In this document: in pieces, positions 8,055 through 18,150 of the stretch | Layout of the letters: each line of letters opens with the position of its first letter | Numbering within the stretch: position 1 is the first letter of the stretch | DNA from: an uncultured cyanobacterium | GTDB taxonomy: Bacteria > Cyanobacteriota > Cyanobacteriia > Leptolyngbyales > Leptolyngbyaceae | Direction of reading: 5' to 3' | DNA length: 57,820 bases | Assembly (NCBI GenBank): GCA_963766075.1 | Contig: CAVYAN010000033.1 | Coordinates: forward strand, 1 to 57,820 | Translations under genes and position numbers: made by a program | Notes under the pieces: model-generated | What the model was told of the DNA's origin: nothing | What the model saw: only the letters and a program-made list of their open reading frames with translations | Databases searched by the model: none

Positions 8055-11024
8055 ATGATCTGGATTGGCAGCGTCGCCTTGGGTTGGTCTGTGGGCGTAG
8101 GGATTGTTTTGGGCACTATTGGCGCTGCATGGGGACAAATCGTGCCGGATGAGCGGGCTGTAGAGCGATCGCTGGTCTCTACGGCTCCAGGCAACAGTCT
8201 CTTCGTGCAAATTGATGGCGGTGCGGTGCGTGGATCCAATCTATTTCACCAGCTTGACCAGTTTTCAGTCCCGACCCAGGGGATTGCCTTTTTTAATAAC
8301 GCGGCCAATATTCGGAATATTATCAGCCGCGTTTCAGGTAATCGCGTCTCCACTATCGATGGCGAAATTCGCGCAAACGGGACTGCCAATCTTTTTCTGA
8401 TCAATCCCAATGGGATTGTGTTGGGTCCGAACGCCAGCCTGAATCTGGGAGGGAGCTTTGTAGCCACCACGGCCACCACGGTGGAATTTGGTAATCAAGG
8501 GTCGTGGGACGCCAGCACAGCGACGGTACCGTTATTGACGGTGAATCCTTCGGCCTTATTGTTCAATCCATCCGTCCCCCCGGCGGCGGTCATCGTGGAT
8601 CGCAGTACTTTGCGAGTTCCCAGTGGACAGAGTTTTGCCTTGGCCGGGGGACCGCTTCGTCTCACGGGGGCGACGATTTTGGCTCCGGGTGGGTGGGTAG
8701 ATCTAGTGGGCGTTGGAACAGCAGGACGGGTAGGGCTGACGGGCGGGGAAACTTTGCAACTTCAGATGCCTCCGGATCAACCCTTGGCCGATATCTGGCT
8801 GGACCAGGGGGCACGGGTGGATGTGCGGGCGGGCGGTGGCGGGGAGATTCGTCTTGTCGGCGATCGGGTAAATTTGACGGAGGGCAGTATTCTGCAGGCG
8901 GGCATTGCGGCGGGGATGATGGGCGATCGCGCCGGAGATATCACAATTGCAGCGCGATCGGCGGTCAACCTCCTACAGGGCAGCACCATTGCCAATTCAA
9001 CCCTGGGGACTGGAGATAGTGGCAACGTCACGATTACGACCAATGCCATCACCCTGAGAGATGGCTCGCGGGTGGATGCTAGCACCCAGGGCGTCGGCAA
9101 TGGCGGCAAGGTGAGGGTGCGAGCGCAAGGACCAATTATTCTAGATGGAGCTAATGAGAATTTGCGTTCCAGCGGTTTCTCCAGTCGGGTGGCGGCGGGG
9201 GCAGTGGGTAACAGTGGGGGCATTGATGTCCAAGCGGCCTCCCTCCAAGTGAGCAATGGGGCTGTTCTGACGGCAACCACGTTGGGACAGGGGAATAGCG
9301 GGCAGGTTGTGATGACGGTGGCCGGGGAAGTGCGACTTGAAGGCATTGGTCCCGATAAATTGGGGAGTGGCGTGCTTAGCAGTGTGCGCGGGACTGCCGT
9401 GGGAGATAGTGGCGGCATTCAAATCACGGCTGGGTCATTAGTGTTGGAACGGGGAGCCCAGTTGGATGCCAGCACCTCGGGCATCGGTAATGCGGGGCAG
9501 GTGCGCCTGAAGATTGCCGGGGCAGTGGAGTTGCGCGGGGATCCGTTGGGGCAGTTGACCGATCCGGGTGGCCTGTACAGCTTTGTCGGGGACAGCGCAG
9601 TGGGCAACAGTGGGCAGATTGATTTAGAGGCCGCATCCCTAACCCTGCGGAATGGAGCGGCATTGGTAGCGACAACGTTTGGAGCGGGAAATGCAGGGAA
9701 TATCCAAGTGCGGGTGTCTGGCCCGGTGGTGCTGGATGGGCAATTGGTCGTGCCAGCAGCGCCAAATGAAGCGGCTTTTTACCTTTCCAGCGGGATTTTT
9801 AGCAGTACCGGAGGAACGGCGCGGCGCGGCAATGGGGGAGCCATTAGCCTCGTGGCTGATACCCTTCAGGTGACGAATGGGGCCGCGATCGCCGCCAGCA
9901 CCCTCGCACAAGGCAATGCTGGCCATGTGACCCTGAGCATCGCCCGGGGTGCTCGCTTCGACGGGGTAGGGTTGGATGGGTTTCCCAGTGGGGTGTTTAG
10001 CAGCGTCCGGGAGAATGGCGTCGGCAACGGGGGGAATATTCAGCTCACCGCTGCCGAGTTAGAGCTGTCGCGGGGAGCACAACTGCGCGCCCGATCCCAA
10101 GGCCAAGGCGATGCTGGCAATATTGATTTGGCGATCGCCGATACCCTGAGCATCCAAGGCTTTGATGCGGCAACGGGAAACTTCAGCGGACTACTCAGCA
10201 CCACGGAGGGTGTGGGGCAGGGCGGTACAATTCGGGTGCGGACCGGAAAGTTGGACCTGCGGGATCGGGCGCTCATTTCGGCCCAAAGCCGAGGACCGGG
10301 TCGGGCGGGGGATATTGTTGTGACGGTGGGCGATCGCCTGCAAGCCCAGGACAGTCAGATTACGACCACCGCCACCCAGTCTACGGGGGGTGCAATTACT
10401 CTGAGTGCCCGCGACATCCGGTTGGGCGGGGACAGTGATATCACCACCAGTGTATTTGATGGCACGGGTGGGGGCGGGGATATTGCGATCGCCACTCGGG
10501 TATTAATCGCCCTAGACGACAGTGATATTCTGGCCTTCTCGCGCAACGGACGCGGCGGCAATATCACCGTACAAGCCCCTGTATTCTTTGGGCAGCGCTA
10601 TGCTCCTGCCCCACCGGACACTGACCCCACCACCCTCGATGGCAATGGTCGGGTAGATATTAACGCCAGCGGCAAGCTCAGTTCCGGGGTGATTACTCTG
10701 CCCAATATTTCTGAATTGCAGCGCAGTGTTGTGGTGTTGCCGAGTGATGTCGTGGATGTCAATGCTTTAATTGCCAGTAGCTGTATCGCCAAACGCCAAA
10801 ACCATACTCGGGGCAGCCTGATCGTGACGGGGAGCACAGGCCCTGTCACAGCCTTCGGTGACCACTTCACCCCCTTCTTCCCCACCTACGAAGTCGTCCC
10901 ACCGCCCGAGGCGATCGCCCCCCTTCCCCCGCATTCGGCGATCTCGCCCCCACAGCCCCCCCAAGCGGATCGCCTTTATCACCTCCCCAATGGAGACATT
11001 ATCCTGGGACGGACCTGCAACTAG
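8055..11024 (+). CDS. Filamentous haemagglutinin N-terminal (TPS) domain exoprotein, TpsA-like beta-helix
   Basis: 989 aa. Signal ending AAWG-QIVPD, TPS motifs NLFHQLDQF, NIISRVSG, NLFLINPNGI, many GxGxGGxIxI repeats, cyanobacterial C-terminal SSC...GSLIVTG...NGDIILG. Confidence 0.93.
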   Translation: MIWIGSVALGWSVGVGIVLGTIGAAWGQIVPDERAVERSLVSTAPGNSLFVQIDGGAVRGSNLFHQLDQFSVPTQGIAFFNNAANIRNIISRVSGNRVSTIDGEIRANGTANLFLINPNGIVLGPNASLNLGGSFVATTATTVEFGNQGSWDASTATVPLLTVNPSALLFNPSVPPAAVIVDRSTLRVPSGQSFALAGGPLRLTGATILAPGGWVDLVGVGTAGRVGLTGGETLQLQMPPDQPLADIWLDQGARVDVRAGGGGEIRLVGDRVNLTEGSILQAGIAAGMMGDRAGDITIAARSAVNLLQGSTIANSTLGTGDSGNVTITTNAITLRDGSRVDASTQGVGNGGKVRVRAQGPIILDGANENLRSSGFSSRVAAGAVGNSGGIDVQAASLQVSNGAVLTATTLGQGNSGQVVMTVAGEVRLEGIGPDKLGSGVLSSVRGTAVGDSGGIQITAGSLVLERGAQLDASTSGIGNAGQVRLKIAGAVELRGDPLGQLTDPGGLYSFVGDSAVGNSGQIDLEAASLTLRNGAALVATTFGAGNAGNIQVRVSGPVVLDGQLVVPAAPNEAAFYLSSGIFSSTGGTARRGNGGAISLVADTLQVTNGAAIAASTLAQGNAGHVTLSIARGARFDGVGLDGFPSGVFSSVRENGVGNGGNIQLTAAELELSRGAQLRARSQGQGDAGNIDLAIADTLSIQGFDAATGNFSGLLSTTEGVGQGGTIRVRTGKLDLRDRALISAQSRGPGRAGDIVVTVGDRLQAQDSQITTTATQSTGGAITLSARDIRLGGDSDITTSVFDGTGGGGDIAIATRVLIALDDSDILAFSRNGRGGNITVQAPVFFGQRYAPAPPDTDPTTLDGNGRVDINASGKLSSGVITLPNISELQRSVVVLPSDVVDVNALIASSCIAKRQNHTRGSLIVTGSTGPVTAFGDHFTPFFPTYEVVPPPEAIAPLPPHSAISPPQPPQADRLYHLPNGDIILGRTCN

Positions 11025-11277
11025 TGCAGAACGGGAATGGATAAAACCAGAAGGCCCAAGCATGAAGGCAAGAACAGAAATCACGGGACAGAAGGCACGG
11101 GGCTAGGACCATAAATGACAGGCAACCTGCAATGAAAGGCCGCTTTTCAATTGGGGGCTATGCAATTGCCCACTAGCCCCTTTACCCTAGAGACAGAGTG
11201 ATGCTGTCTCTCTTATATCTTTTGTCTCTACCCTTAGCATTTACCCCTCTGTGCCCCCTAGGGAATGATCGAGTCCC

Positions 11278-11961
11278 ATGCGTCAGCCTCCGCTTAAGCC
11301 ACTGTCTGACCCATCCCGTCAAACCTTCTTAGTCGTGGACGACCACGAAACTATCCTGGAAGGAACGGTGCCTGCCTTAAAGAAAACCTATCCCACTGTG
11401 GAAGTTTTCACGGCACAGGATGTTCAATCCGCCCAAGAACAGGTAAGGCTGTACCGCCCCAGCCTGATTATGCTGGATTTGAGTCTTCCGGCTACCCGGA
11501 CAGGGATTGCGAGTCCGGATATTGGGATGCAGTTCCTGAAACGGTTAATGGAAAGCCATGCGGCTCCGAATCTGATGGTGCTTAGTACTAATATCACTCC
11601 CCTTGTACAATTAAAGCCCGTGATCAATGCCTACGAAGGCGGCTTTGCAGCGGTCGATAAGGCGATGCCCATTAGGGAAATGCTGCGATTGGTGGATTTT
11701 GCCCTGCGGGGCTCAATTTATCTGCCGCCGGAACTGCGCGCGCGGGCTGAGTTTGATCGACGCTGGCTGGAGGTGCTGACCCTCAAGTTTCATGAAGGGT
11801 TGACAGACAAGGCGATCGCCGATCGGATGAAGATTAGCGATCGCACCGTTCGCAACTATTGGATTCGATTACAGGATGCTCTAGGTGTCTATGATGAGCC
11901 TGACAAAGACTTGCGGATTCAAATTGAAATTGCCGCAAGAAAGCTGGGCTTAATTAATTAA
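11278..11961 (+). CDS. NarL-type response regulator
   Basis: VVDDH, MLDLSLP receiver domain; C-terminal HTH GLTDKAIADRMKISDRTVRNY. Confidence 0.9.
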   Translation: MRQPPLKPLSDPSRQTFLVVDDHETILEGTVPALKKTYPTVEVFTAQDVQSAQEQVRLYRPSLIMLDLSLPATRTGIASPDIGMQFLKRLMESHAAPNLMVLSTNITPLVQLKPVINAYEGGFAAVDKAMPIREMLRLVDFALRGSIYLPPELRARAEFDRRWLEVLTLKFHEGLTDKAIADRMKISDRTVRNYWIRLQDALGVYDEPDKDLRIQIEIAARKLGLIN

Positions 11962-12192
11962 CTAGAATTTTTAATACATGTAATCAACTCGATAACCCAT
12001 TAGAATTTCCGATTGAATATTTCCTTGAAAAATTAATCTTTCTGGGTTGGGATTAGCAAACACAACATTCGAGACAGCCACAGGTAACTCGCAGCAAGGT
12101 GCGTAACGGTGGAAACCCTAAAGTCCTCTGGCCTCCCAGTGCAAAGCGCTATCCAACATCCCTCTGTGTGATTCCTTCAATTTCATAACGCC

Positions 12193-14205
12193 ATGGTTCG
12201 ATTGCAGGCGCAGCATATGACCTCTGAGGCTTGGCACAAAATCCAGCAGCAAGCCAAAGTTTGGCGGGTTGGCGCACTTCCGGGTTTAGTCGTTCTCGGA
12301 TGTGTCATCCTCTGCCGGAGTGCAGGAATGCTACAAAACTTGGAATGGGCTGCCTACGACCATGGGTTGCGATCGCGCCCAATTGAGCCCCCGGATGCGC
12401 GCGTCGTGATCGTCGGCATTAATGAGGACGATATTCGGCGCGTGGGCAATTTTCCGGTTCCGGATCGGCCCCTGGCGCAACTGATCCAAACCCTGCAAAC
12501 CTACAAGCCCAGGGTGATTGGCCTCGATCTATTCCGCGATTTGACCAACACGCCGGGGCGGGCCGAGCTGGCCCATGTCCTCGCCACCAGCGATAACTTA
12601 ATTGGCATCGAAGTGGCACTGCCCAGTGATCCCAGTCGCAAAATTAAGCCTCCCCCAGAGTTGCCCGTGGCGCGGATTGGAGTGACGGATGCCATCCCGG
12701 ACCCAGATGGCAAATTGCGCCGCCAGCTCCTCGCGACGAGGGTGAATTCGGGAGCCACTCGATATTCCTGGGCACTTTTGCTCGCCAAGTTCTACCTTCA
12801 AGGAGAGGGAGTACGCTTTCAACCGGGCGATCGCCCCAGTGCTCCCCTATCTTTCATGCCCAGTTCTACCGCGCTCCGGCCTCTGATCCTGCCTCGGTTT
12901 ACGCGCAATGATGGGGGCTACGTTAACGCCCTGGCAGGCGGCAATCAACTCCTGATCAATTTCCGCAGCCATCCCCAGCCCTTTCCTGTGGTGTCTATGA
13001 CCGATGTCATGACGGGCAAGGTCAAACCGGAACAACTGCGCGATCGCGTTGTCCTGATCGGGATGACCAATGCCAGTAACAACGATACCTTCATGACCTC
13101 TGCCATCCGGGGATCGATCATCGCCCAGTCCCTGAATTTGGATGCTTACCAGCAATACCAGTTGATCTATGGCGTAGAAATTAACGCGCACGCCGTCAGC
13201 GCAATCATTAGCGCTGTGCTCGACCATCGCCCCTTGGTACAAACCTGGGCAGAATTTTGGGAATACCTGTGGATTCTGGGCTGTGGCATTTGGGGTATCG
13301 GGGTGGGATTATTCTTCCAATCCCCGTGGAAGACGCTGCTCAGTCTGGGTTGCACGAGCATCGGCATTACGGCCCTGGGCTACGGACTCCTGCTGCAGAG
13401 CATTTGGATGCCCATGGTCCCGTCGGTGCTGGGATTGATTGGGGCCGGACTGACGACCGCGTTTTTTGACCAGCGGGCCAAGGCGCTCCTAGAAGAGCGC
13501 AGTCTGACCCTAAAGCGCACCTACAATGCAGTACACAACGGACCTTTGCAAACGTTAGCGGCAATTCTGCGGAGTGATCTGCCTTCGGAACGGGTGAGAT
13601 CGCAGTTGCAAAATCTAAATTGGGAATTGCGATCGGTCTACGAAGCCATGCACCAGTCCCTGCTAACGATTGACGAGACAGATCGGCAGACCTCCTTACC
13701 TGAAATGCTGTACGCGGTTTACGAAAAAACCCTACAACGGGACTTACCCGGATTTGCCACGATTAAAACCTATATCCCACCAGACTTTTCCTGCCTGGTA
13801 GACAGCGGCCTTTCGCCTAGCCAGCAACAAAACCTCTGCATCTTTTTGGAAGAAGCCCTGTGTAATGTCGGCAAACATGCCGTGAACGCTAGCTGTTTAG
13901 ATGTGGTCTGCGATCGCCCAGCCAATGGCTACCGCCTACGCATCATTGACAATGGCATGGACAATCGCATGACTGAACCTGAGTCTCCCCAATCAATGCA
14001 AGGCTGGCCAGCCCGCACCATCCTCCCCAAAAACGGAGGATGGGGAACCACACAAGCCACTGAACTCGCCCATCAGCTCTACGGGCATTTCCAGCGGCGG
14101 CCTCACAAACCCCACGGTCTGGTCTGTGAGCTGCGGTGGTATCCCAAACGATCCCGATGGCAGGTTTTGACCCAGACCTGGCGAAAGATTTCTCTTTTTG
14201 GATAA
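12193..14205 (+). CDS. CHASE2-domain sensor histidine kinase (NarX/DesK-like kinase core)
   Basis: N-terminal TM, CHASE2 motifs (VVIVGINEDDI, VIGLDLFRD, DGKLRR, YGVEINAH), three TMs, then VHNGPLQ (phospho-His box), EEALCNVGKHA, IIDNG, GWGT. Confidence 0.88.
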   Translation: MVRLQAQHMTSEAWHKIQQQAKVWRVGALPGLVVLGCVILCRSAGMLQNLEWAAYDHGLRSRPIEPPDARVVIVGINEDDIRRVGNFPVPDRPLAQLIQTLQTYKPRVIGLDLFRDLTNTPGRAELAHVLATSDNLIGIEVALPSDPSRKIKPPPELPVARIGVTDAIPDPDGKLRRQLLATRVNSGATRYSWALLLAKFYLQGEGVRFQPGDRPSAPLSFMPSSTALRPLILPRFTRNDGGYVNALAGGNQLLINFRSHPQPFPVVSMTDVMTGKVKPEQLRDRVVLIGMTNASNNDTFMTSAIRGSIIAQSLNLDAYQQYQLIYGVEINAHAVSAIISAVLDHRPLVQTWAEFWEYLWILGCGIWGIGVGLFFQSPWKTLLSLGCTSIGITALGYGLLLQSIWMPMVPSVLGLIGAGLTTAFFDQRAKALLEERSLTLKRTYNAVHNGPLQTLAAILRSDLPSERVRSQLQNLNWELRSVYEAMHQSLLTIDETDRQTSLPEMLYAVYEKTLQRDLPGFATIKTYIPPDFSCLVDSGLSPSQQQNLCIFLEEALCNVGKHAVNASCLDVVCDRPANGYRLRIIDNGMDNRMTEPESPQSMQGWPARTILPKNGGWGTTQATELAHQLYGHFQRRPHKPHGLVCELRWYPKRSRWQVLTQTWRKISLFG

Positions 14206-14325
14206 CAAATCCAGGGCAACACGTCTAACTATTCAAAGGGGCTAAGGTACTGTCCTTCGCCAAATATTATTGTGAATATCACAAAATATTACAAATATTA
14301 AAGTTCCACTAAAGCGTGGCAAACA

Positions 14326-14357
14326 TTGTTTAGGTTAAATCTTGTTTAGGCTAAATC
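14326..14357 (+). repeat. 16-bp tandem duplication TTGTTTAGG(T/C)TAAATC x2
   Basis: Read directly in the CHASE2-DUF928 intergenic region. Confidence 0.8.
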
Positions 14358-14560
14358 TTTGGCCATATCCAATATTTTAAAACCCTATACTGGCAGCCCC
14401 TAGGCACCTGTGGGGTCACCTCTCTAAGGTTGACCCGCATTCACATAAGCCGCTTTTAAGCATGAGTTAGAGTGGAAAAGTGCGAAAAGGCTGATTGAGT
14501 CGTGTAGTTCTCCTTGAGCTGTGTCGTGATCCTGATGTTGTGCCATAGCCTTTGCACCAT

Positions 14561-14640
14561 TTGATATTCACGGCTTGATATTGCACCTTGCCTTGATACA
14601 TGAACGGCCTGATACATGAACAGCTTGATACATTAAATGA
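14561..14640 (+). repeat. Five (T/C)TGATA-led degenerate tandem units, spacing 14-18 bp
   Basis: Units start at 14561, 14575, 14593, 14609 and 14625 (e.g. TTGATACATGAACGGC, CTGATACATGAACAGC). Confidence 0.7.
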
Positions 14641-14714
14641 CTTGGTGCTGAGTAACAGCATGTTCCCGGTTTGCCTTGCATCTGGCTCTATCCCTGAAAA
14701 ATCGATTGAACACT

Positions 14715-15635
14715 ATGCTCAACTCTACTTCTGCCCCCATTTCTGCTTTGCCCACTGCGCCTGCCCTGCCTACTGCGGTTTTCCCTGTCCCTTTTAGGGA
14801 CTGTTCCCTGGCAAAAAGGTTGCCTCTAGTTTGGGCGATCGCCCTTTCTCTGGGCATGGCGACCAGTTCCGTGCTGTTCCCCAGCAGTGCCCATGCCGAT
14901 GACGAGCAAGCCCCTGCTACGGGGCGATCAACCGGTAGTCGGGGGTGCGGCGTTGCGGAGGCACCCCCAACGGCCACGCCTCTATCCGCCCCGGCAGATG
15001 TACCCGCCCTGATTCTGCTCGCCCCCTCCGACCAGCGGGGCCGAACCGTCTCGACCCGTCCCACCTTTGCATGGTTTGTTCGCGATCGCACCCCCATGCC
15101 CTTAGAATTTCGCATTTATGAACAAACCGGGACCAGCTACATCTTGATTCAGGAAGTCAAAGGCGATACGTTTCGCAGTGTGCCAGGAATCATGACCCTA
15201 CCCACCTTGAATGGACTGCCAGCACTCTCTCCCGGAAAACGCTACCGTTGGCAAGTAGAACTGGTCTGTAACCCGGCCCGTCCTTCTGGAAACCTCTTTG
15301 CTGAAGCGGAGGTAGATGTTGTGCCCCTGACGCCCGCCCTGCAACGACAATTATTCGCCGCAAAAGCTGTAGCACCCTCGGCCACGCGGCTCAATCAAGC
15401 CCAAATCTACGCCCAAGCCAACCTCTGGTACGACGCCTTAGCCACCACGCTGCCCCCCTATCAAGATTCACGGGCTGTACAAGATTTTCGTCGCACCCTG
15501 CTGGATCGGATTGCAGCCAACCCAGCGGAACGTCAATGGCTCCATCAAAGCGCCATTTCACCCAGTGTCAGCTCATCCAGTCTTTTGCCACCTAGCCCCG
15601 TGTTACCTAAGGGGCCCCAGCTTTCTGGGCGGTAG
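14715..15635 (+). CDS. DUF928 domain-containing secreted protein
   Basis: Signal-like segment ending SSAHA; motifs GSRGC, GRTVSTRPTFAWFV, GKRYRWQVELVC, YAQANLWYDAL. Start taken at ATG 14715 (uncertain). Confidence 0.85.
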   Translation: MLNSTSAPISALPTAPALPTAVFPVPFRDCSLAKRLPLVWAIALSLGMATSSVLFPSSAHADDEQAPATGRSTGSRGCGVAEAPPTATPLSAPADVPALILLAPSDQRGRTVSTRPTFAWFVRDRTPMPLEFRIYEQTGTSYILIQEVKGDTFRSVPGIMTLPTLNGLPALSPGKRYRWQVELVCNPARPSGNLFAEAEVDVVPLTPALQRQLFAAKAVAPSATRLNQAQIYAQANLWYDALATTLPPYQDSRAVQDFRRTLLDRIAANPAERQWLHQSAISPSVSSSSLLPPSPVLPKGPQLSGR

Positions 15636-16095
15636 TGATCTCGTCGAGCAATCCGGCACAGGCATCCAACAGCAAATCAATCACCTGGTTGAAGCCTTCC
15701 GGTCCCCCGTAGTAGGGATCGGGAACTTCGCGTAGACTGTGCTGGGTACAGAAGTCGCACATGAGCCTGATTTTTTCGGTGTATTTCCCCCCCGGATCGA
15801 GGGCGGCAATGCCCGCAAAGTTGTCCCTATCCATCGCCAAAATCAGATCAAAGGCTTCAAAGTCGGCAGCAGTGAATTGCCGACCCTGGCCCTGCATGGC
15901 AATTTTCCGCTGGTTAGCGGCGGCGGCCATGCGGCGATCCGGAGGACTGCCAATGTGGTAGTTAGAAGTGCCCGCAGAATCACAGGTAATTTGCCCCGTT
16001 AGACCGCGCTGCTCCAGCAGATGATTCATGATATTTTCGGCAGCGGGCGATCGGCAAATGTTCCCAAGGCAAACAAAAAGGAGTTTGAAAGGCAT
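15607..16095 (-). CDS. Low-molecular-weight protein-tyrosine phosphatase
   Basis: FVCLGNICRSP P-loop and VPDPYYG. Confidence 0.95.
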   Translation of the reverse strand: MPFKLLFVCLGNICRSPAAENIMNHLLEQRGLTGQITCDSAGTSNYHIGSPPDRRMAAAANQRKIAMQGQGRQFTAADFEAFDLILAMDRDNFAGIAALDPGGKYTEKIRLMCDFCTQHSLREVPDPYYGGPEGFNQVIDLLLDACAGLLDEITTAQKAGAP

Positions 16096-16473
16096 CGAGG
16101 TTCAAAAGTGCGCGGTAGAGGTTCGAGGATACGGGTCCAAAGACACGTTAAAAGAATACAAGAGCAGTGAACGTGGGAAACAGGCCACCCCCAGGATGGT
16201 CCATACGAAAAAGGCCAGCATCGCAATGCCGCCTTAAACGTGTTGCTATTGAAGAACTTACCCATAAAGAACTTACTCAATCTAGCGGCTCTTGAGTGAG
16301 AACATCCTGCTTACGGCAGAAGGTGAGCAGGATGCCAACACAAGGTTCAGGTCTTGTCTTGCCTGGAAATTGCCCACTCTGGATGCTGCTTTAAGCTGGC
16401 AGACCGCTTTACCTTAGCGCCGTAACAAGGCCCTGCCTAGGGCAAGCACCTGCTCTATCAGCTCGTCATCGAA

Positions 16474-16815
16474 CTAGAGGCCAGGTAAGTTCAGACCACC
16501 TGTGAGCTCTTCCATCTTCTCGCGCATGGTCGCCGTGGACTTTGTATAGGCATCCTTCATGGCAGCGGCAACTAAGTCACTCAACACTTCTACGCCTTCG
16601 TTGACGGCGGCAGGATCAATCACCACCTTTAGGGGTTCTTGGTTCCCGCTCATGGTCACCTTAACTAATCCGCCCCCTGCTTCGCCCTCAATTTCCATAT
16701 CTTCGAGTTCTTGTTGAAGCCGCTTTGCGCCTTCTTGAACTTGCTGTGCTTTTTTGAAGGCTTCGGTCAATTCCTTCATTTTGCCTAGGCCAAAGCCAAA
16801 TCCCTGTCCTGTCAT
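16474..16815 (-). CDS. YbaB/EbfC family nucleoid-associated protein
   Basis: [16 protein letters not shown]...[18 protein letters not shown]...[13 protein letters not shown]; start set at ATG 16815. Confidence 0.93.
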   Translation of the reverse strand: MTGQGFGFGLGKMKELTEAFKKAQQVQEGAKRLQQELEDMEIEGEAGGGLVKVTMSGNQEPLKVVIDPAAVNEGVEVLSDLVAAAMKDAYTKSTATMREKMEELTGGLNLPGL

Positions 16816-16877
16816 AATGCTTTCACGGGTACGAGGTTGTGTGTAAATTGCAATTGCTTCATTATGCCACCGTCGCT

Positions 16878-16905
16878 TGGAATTTTGGATTTTGGATTTT
16901 GGATT
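16878..16905. repeat. Heptamer tandem repeat (ATTTTGG)n, STRR-like
   Basis: tggaattttggattttggattttggatt; a similar degenerate run lies at 36601-36628. Confidence 0.8.
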
Positions 16906-17059
16906 GCCGCTGCTATGTGACCCCTGCCGTGGGACCACCGCTAATCGGGGCACCGGCTATTAGCCGGAGTAGGAGACTTCTCAGCGAGGAAACTCCAGCC
17001 AGGAGACGGCGCACAGCAGAGACAACACATCAAAACGACACATCTAAGGCCTAAAACCG

Positions 17060-18055
17060 TCAGGCAGCGTGAAATTCGCCCAGAATTTTAACTTCTGGCT
17101 CTAACTGCATTGACCATTCTTCAGCCACTTGATATTGCACATGGCGGATCAATTGAAAAATATCGGTGGCGGTGGCATTGCCACAGTTGAGGATGAAATT
17201 AGCATGGCGCTGGGCAATTTGGGCTCCGCCAATTTGAAACCCCTTGAGCCCAACTTGCTCGATGAGCCAGCCGGCTTTGTATTCGCCCGGATTGCGGAAA
17301 ACACTTCCGCAGCTTGGCATATGGTAGGGCTGTGTGCTCTTACGCTGAGTTAGATGCTTAGAGGTGATGGCTGTGACAAAGTCGGGGTCATGCCCCGGCG
17401 TGAGTTGAAAGGTTGCTTCGATGACCAGCCAATCGCGTCCCTGCAGCATCGAGGTTCGGTAACGGTAGCGAAAGTCCTGGGCCGTTAGGATTCGGAGCGC
17501 ACCGTCGGGCATGAGCACCTTGGCACTCACCAAGCTATCAGCGGCACAGCCCCCGTGGGCACCCGCATTCATGACTACGGCTCCACCAACGGTGCCGGGA
17601 ATGCCTACGGACCATTCAAGTCCTTGCCAGCCCTTTTCGGCGGCGCGCCATGCTAGTCGGGGCAGGGGTTCGCCAGCCCCAACGGTCACTTGGCCGGTGG
17701 CCTGATCGAAGAAGGTATGGCGAAGTCGGCGCGTGGCCACCACGAGTCCGGGTAAGCCGCGATCGCTAATCAGCAAATTTGAGCCTGCTCCAAGGAGAGT
17801 AACGGGCAGCCCTTGGGCCCGAGCCCAGTCAAACGCCACTTGAAGTTCTTCAACCCGCTTTGGCGCTACATACCACTCCGCAGGGCCACCCACCCGGAAG
17901 GAGGTCAACTTGTCCAAGGGAACGCAGGATTTGATGACGCAATCGTTGTCCAGAATGCGAATAGGCTCTCGCTGAGCCATAGGCTTAAACCGATCCGAAA
18001 CAAAGCTAGAAAGTGCAGCCGTGGAAATCTTAGGAGGATTAAATGAAAGTGTCAT
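17060..18055 (-). CDS. murB: UDP-N-acetylenolpyruvoylglucosamine reductase
   Basis: [45 protein letters not shown]. Confidence 0.97.
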   Translation of the reverse strand: MTLSFNPPKISTAALSSFVSDRFKPMAQREPIRILDNDCVIKSCVPLDKLTSFRVGGPAEWYVAPKRVEELQVAFDWARAQGLPVTLLGAGSNLLISDRGLPGLVVATRRLRHTFFDQATGQVTVGAGEPLPRLAWRAAEKGWQGLEWSVGIPGTVGGAVVMNAGAHGGCAADSLVSAKVLMPDGALRILTAQDFRYRYRTSMLQGRDWLVIEATFQLTPGHDPDFVTAITSKHLTQRKSTQPYHMPSCGSVFRNPGEYKAGWLIEQVGLKGFQIGGAQIAQRHANFILNCGNATATDIFQLIRHVQYQVAEEWSMQLEPEVKILGEFHAA

Positions 18056-18150
18056 AAGTACCGTTCAACTGATATACCCCACACACCGAAACTCAAACCA
18101 TCAGGACAAATAATCAATTTCGGGAATTGACCGCATGTCCTGAATTTTAT

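Noticed and set aside
14561..14640. Periodic repeats as a CRISPR-like array
   Set aside because: Units are 14-18 bp, degenerate and have no unique spacers.
16816..16953. N-terminal extension of the YbaB ORF (PKSKIQNSK)
   Set aside because: Translation of the heptamer repeat; the family-typical start is ATG 16815.
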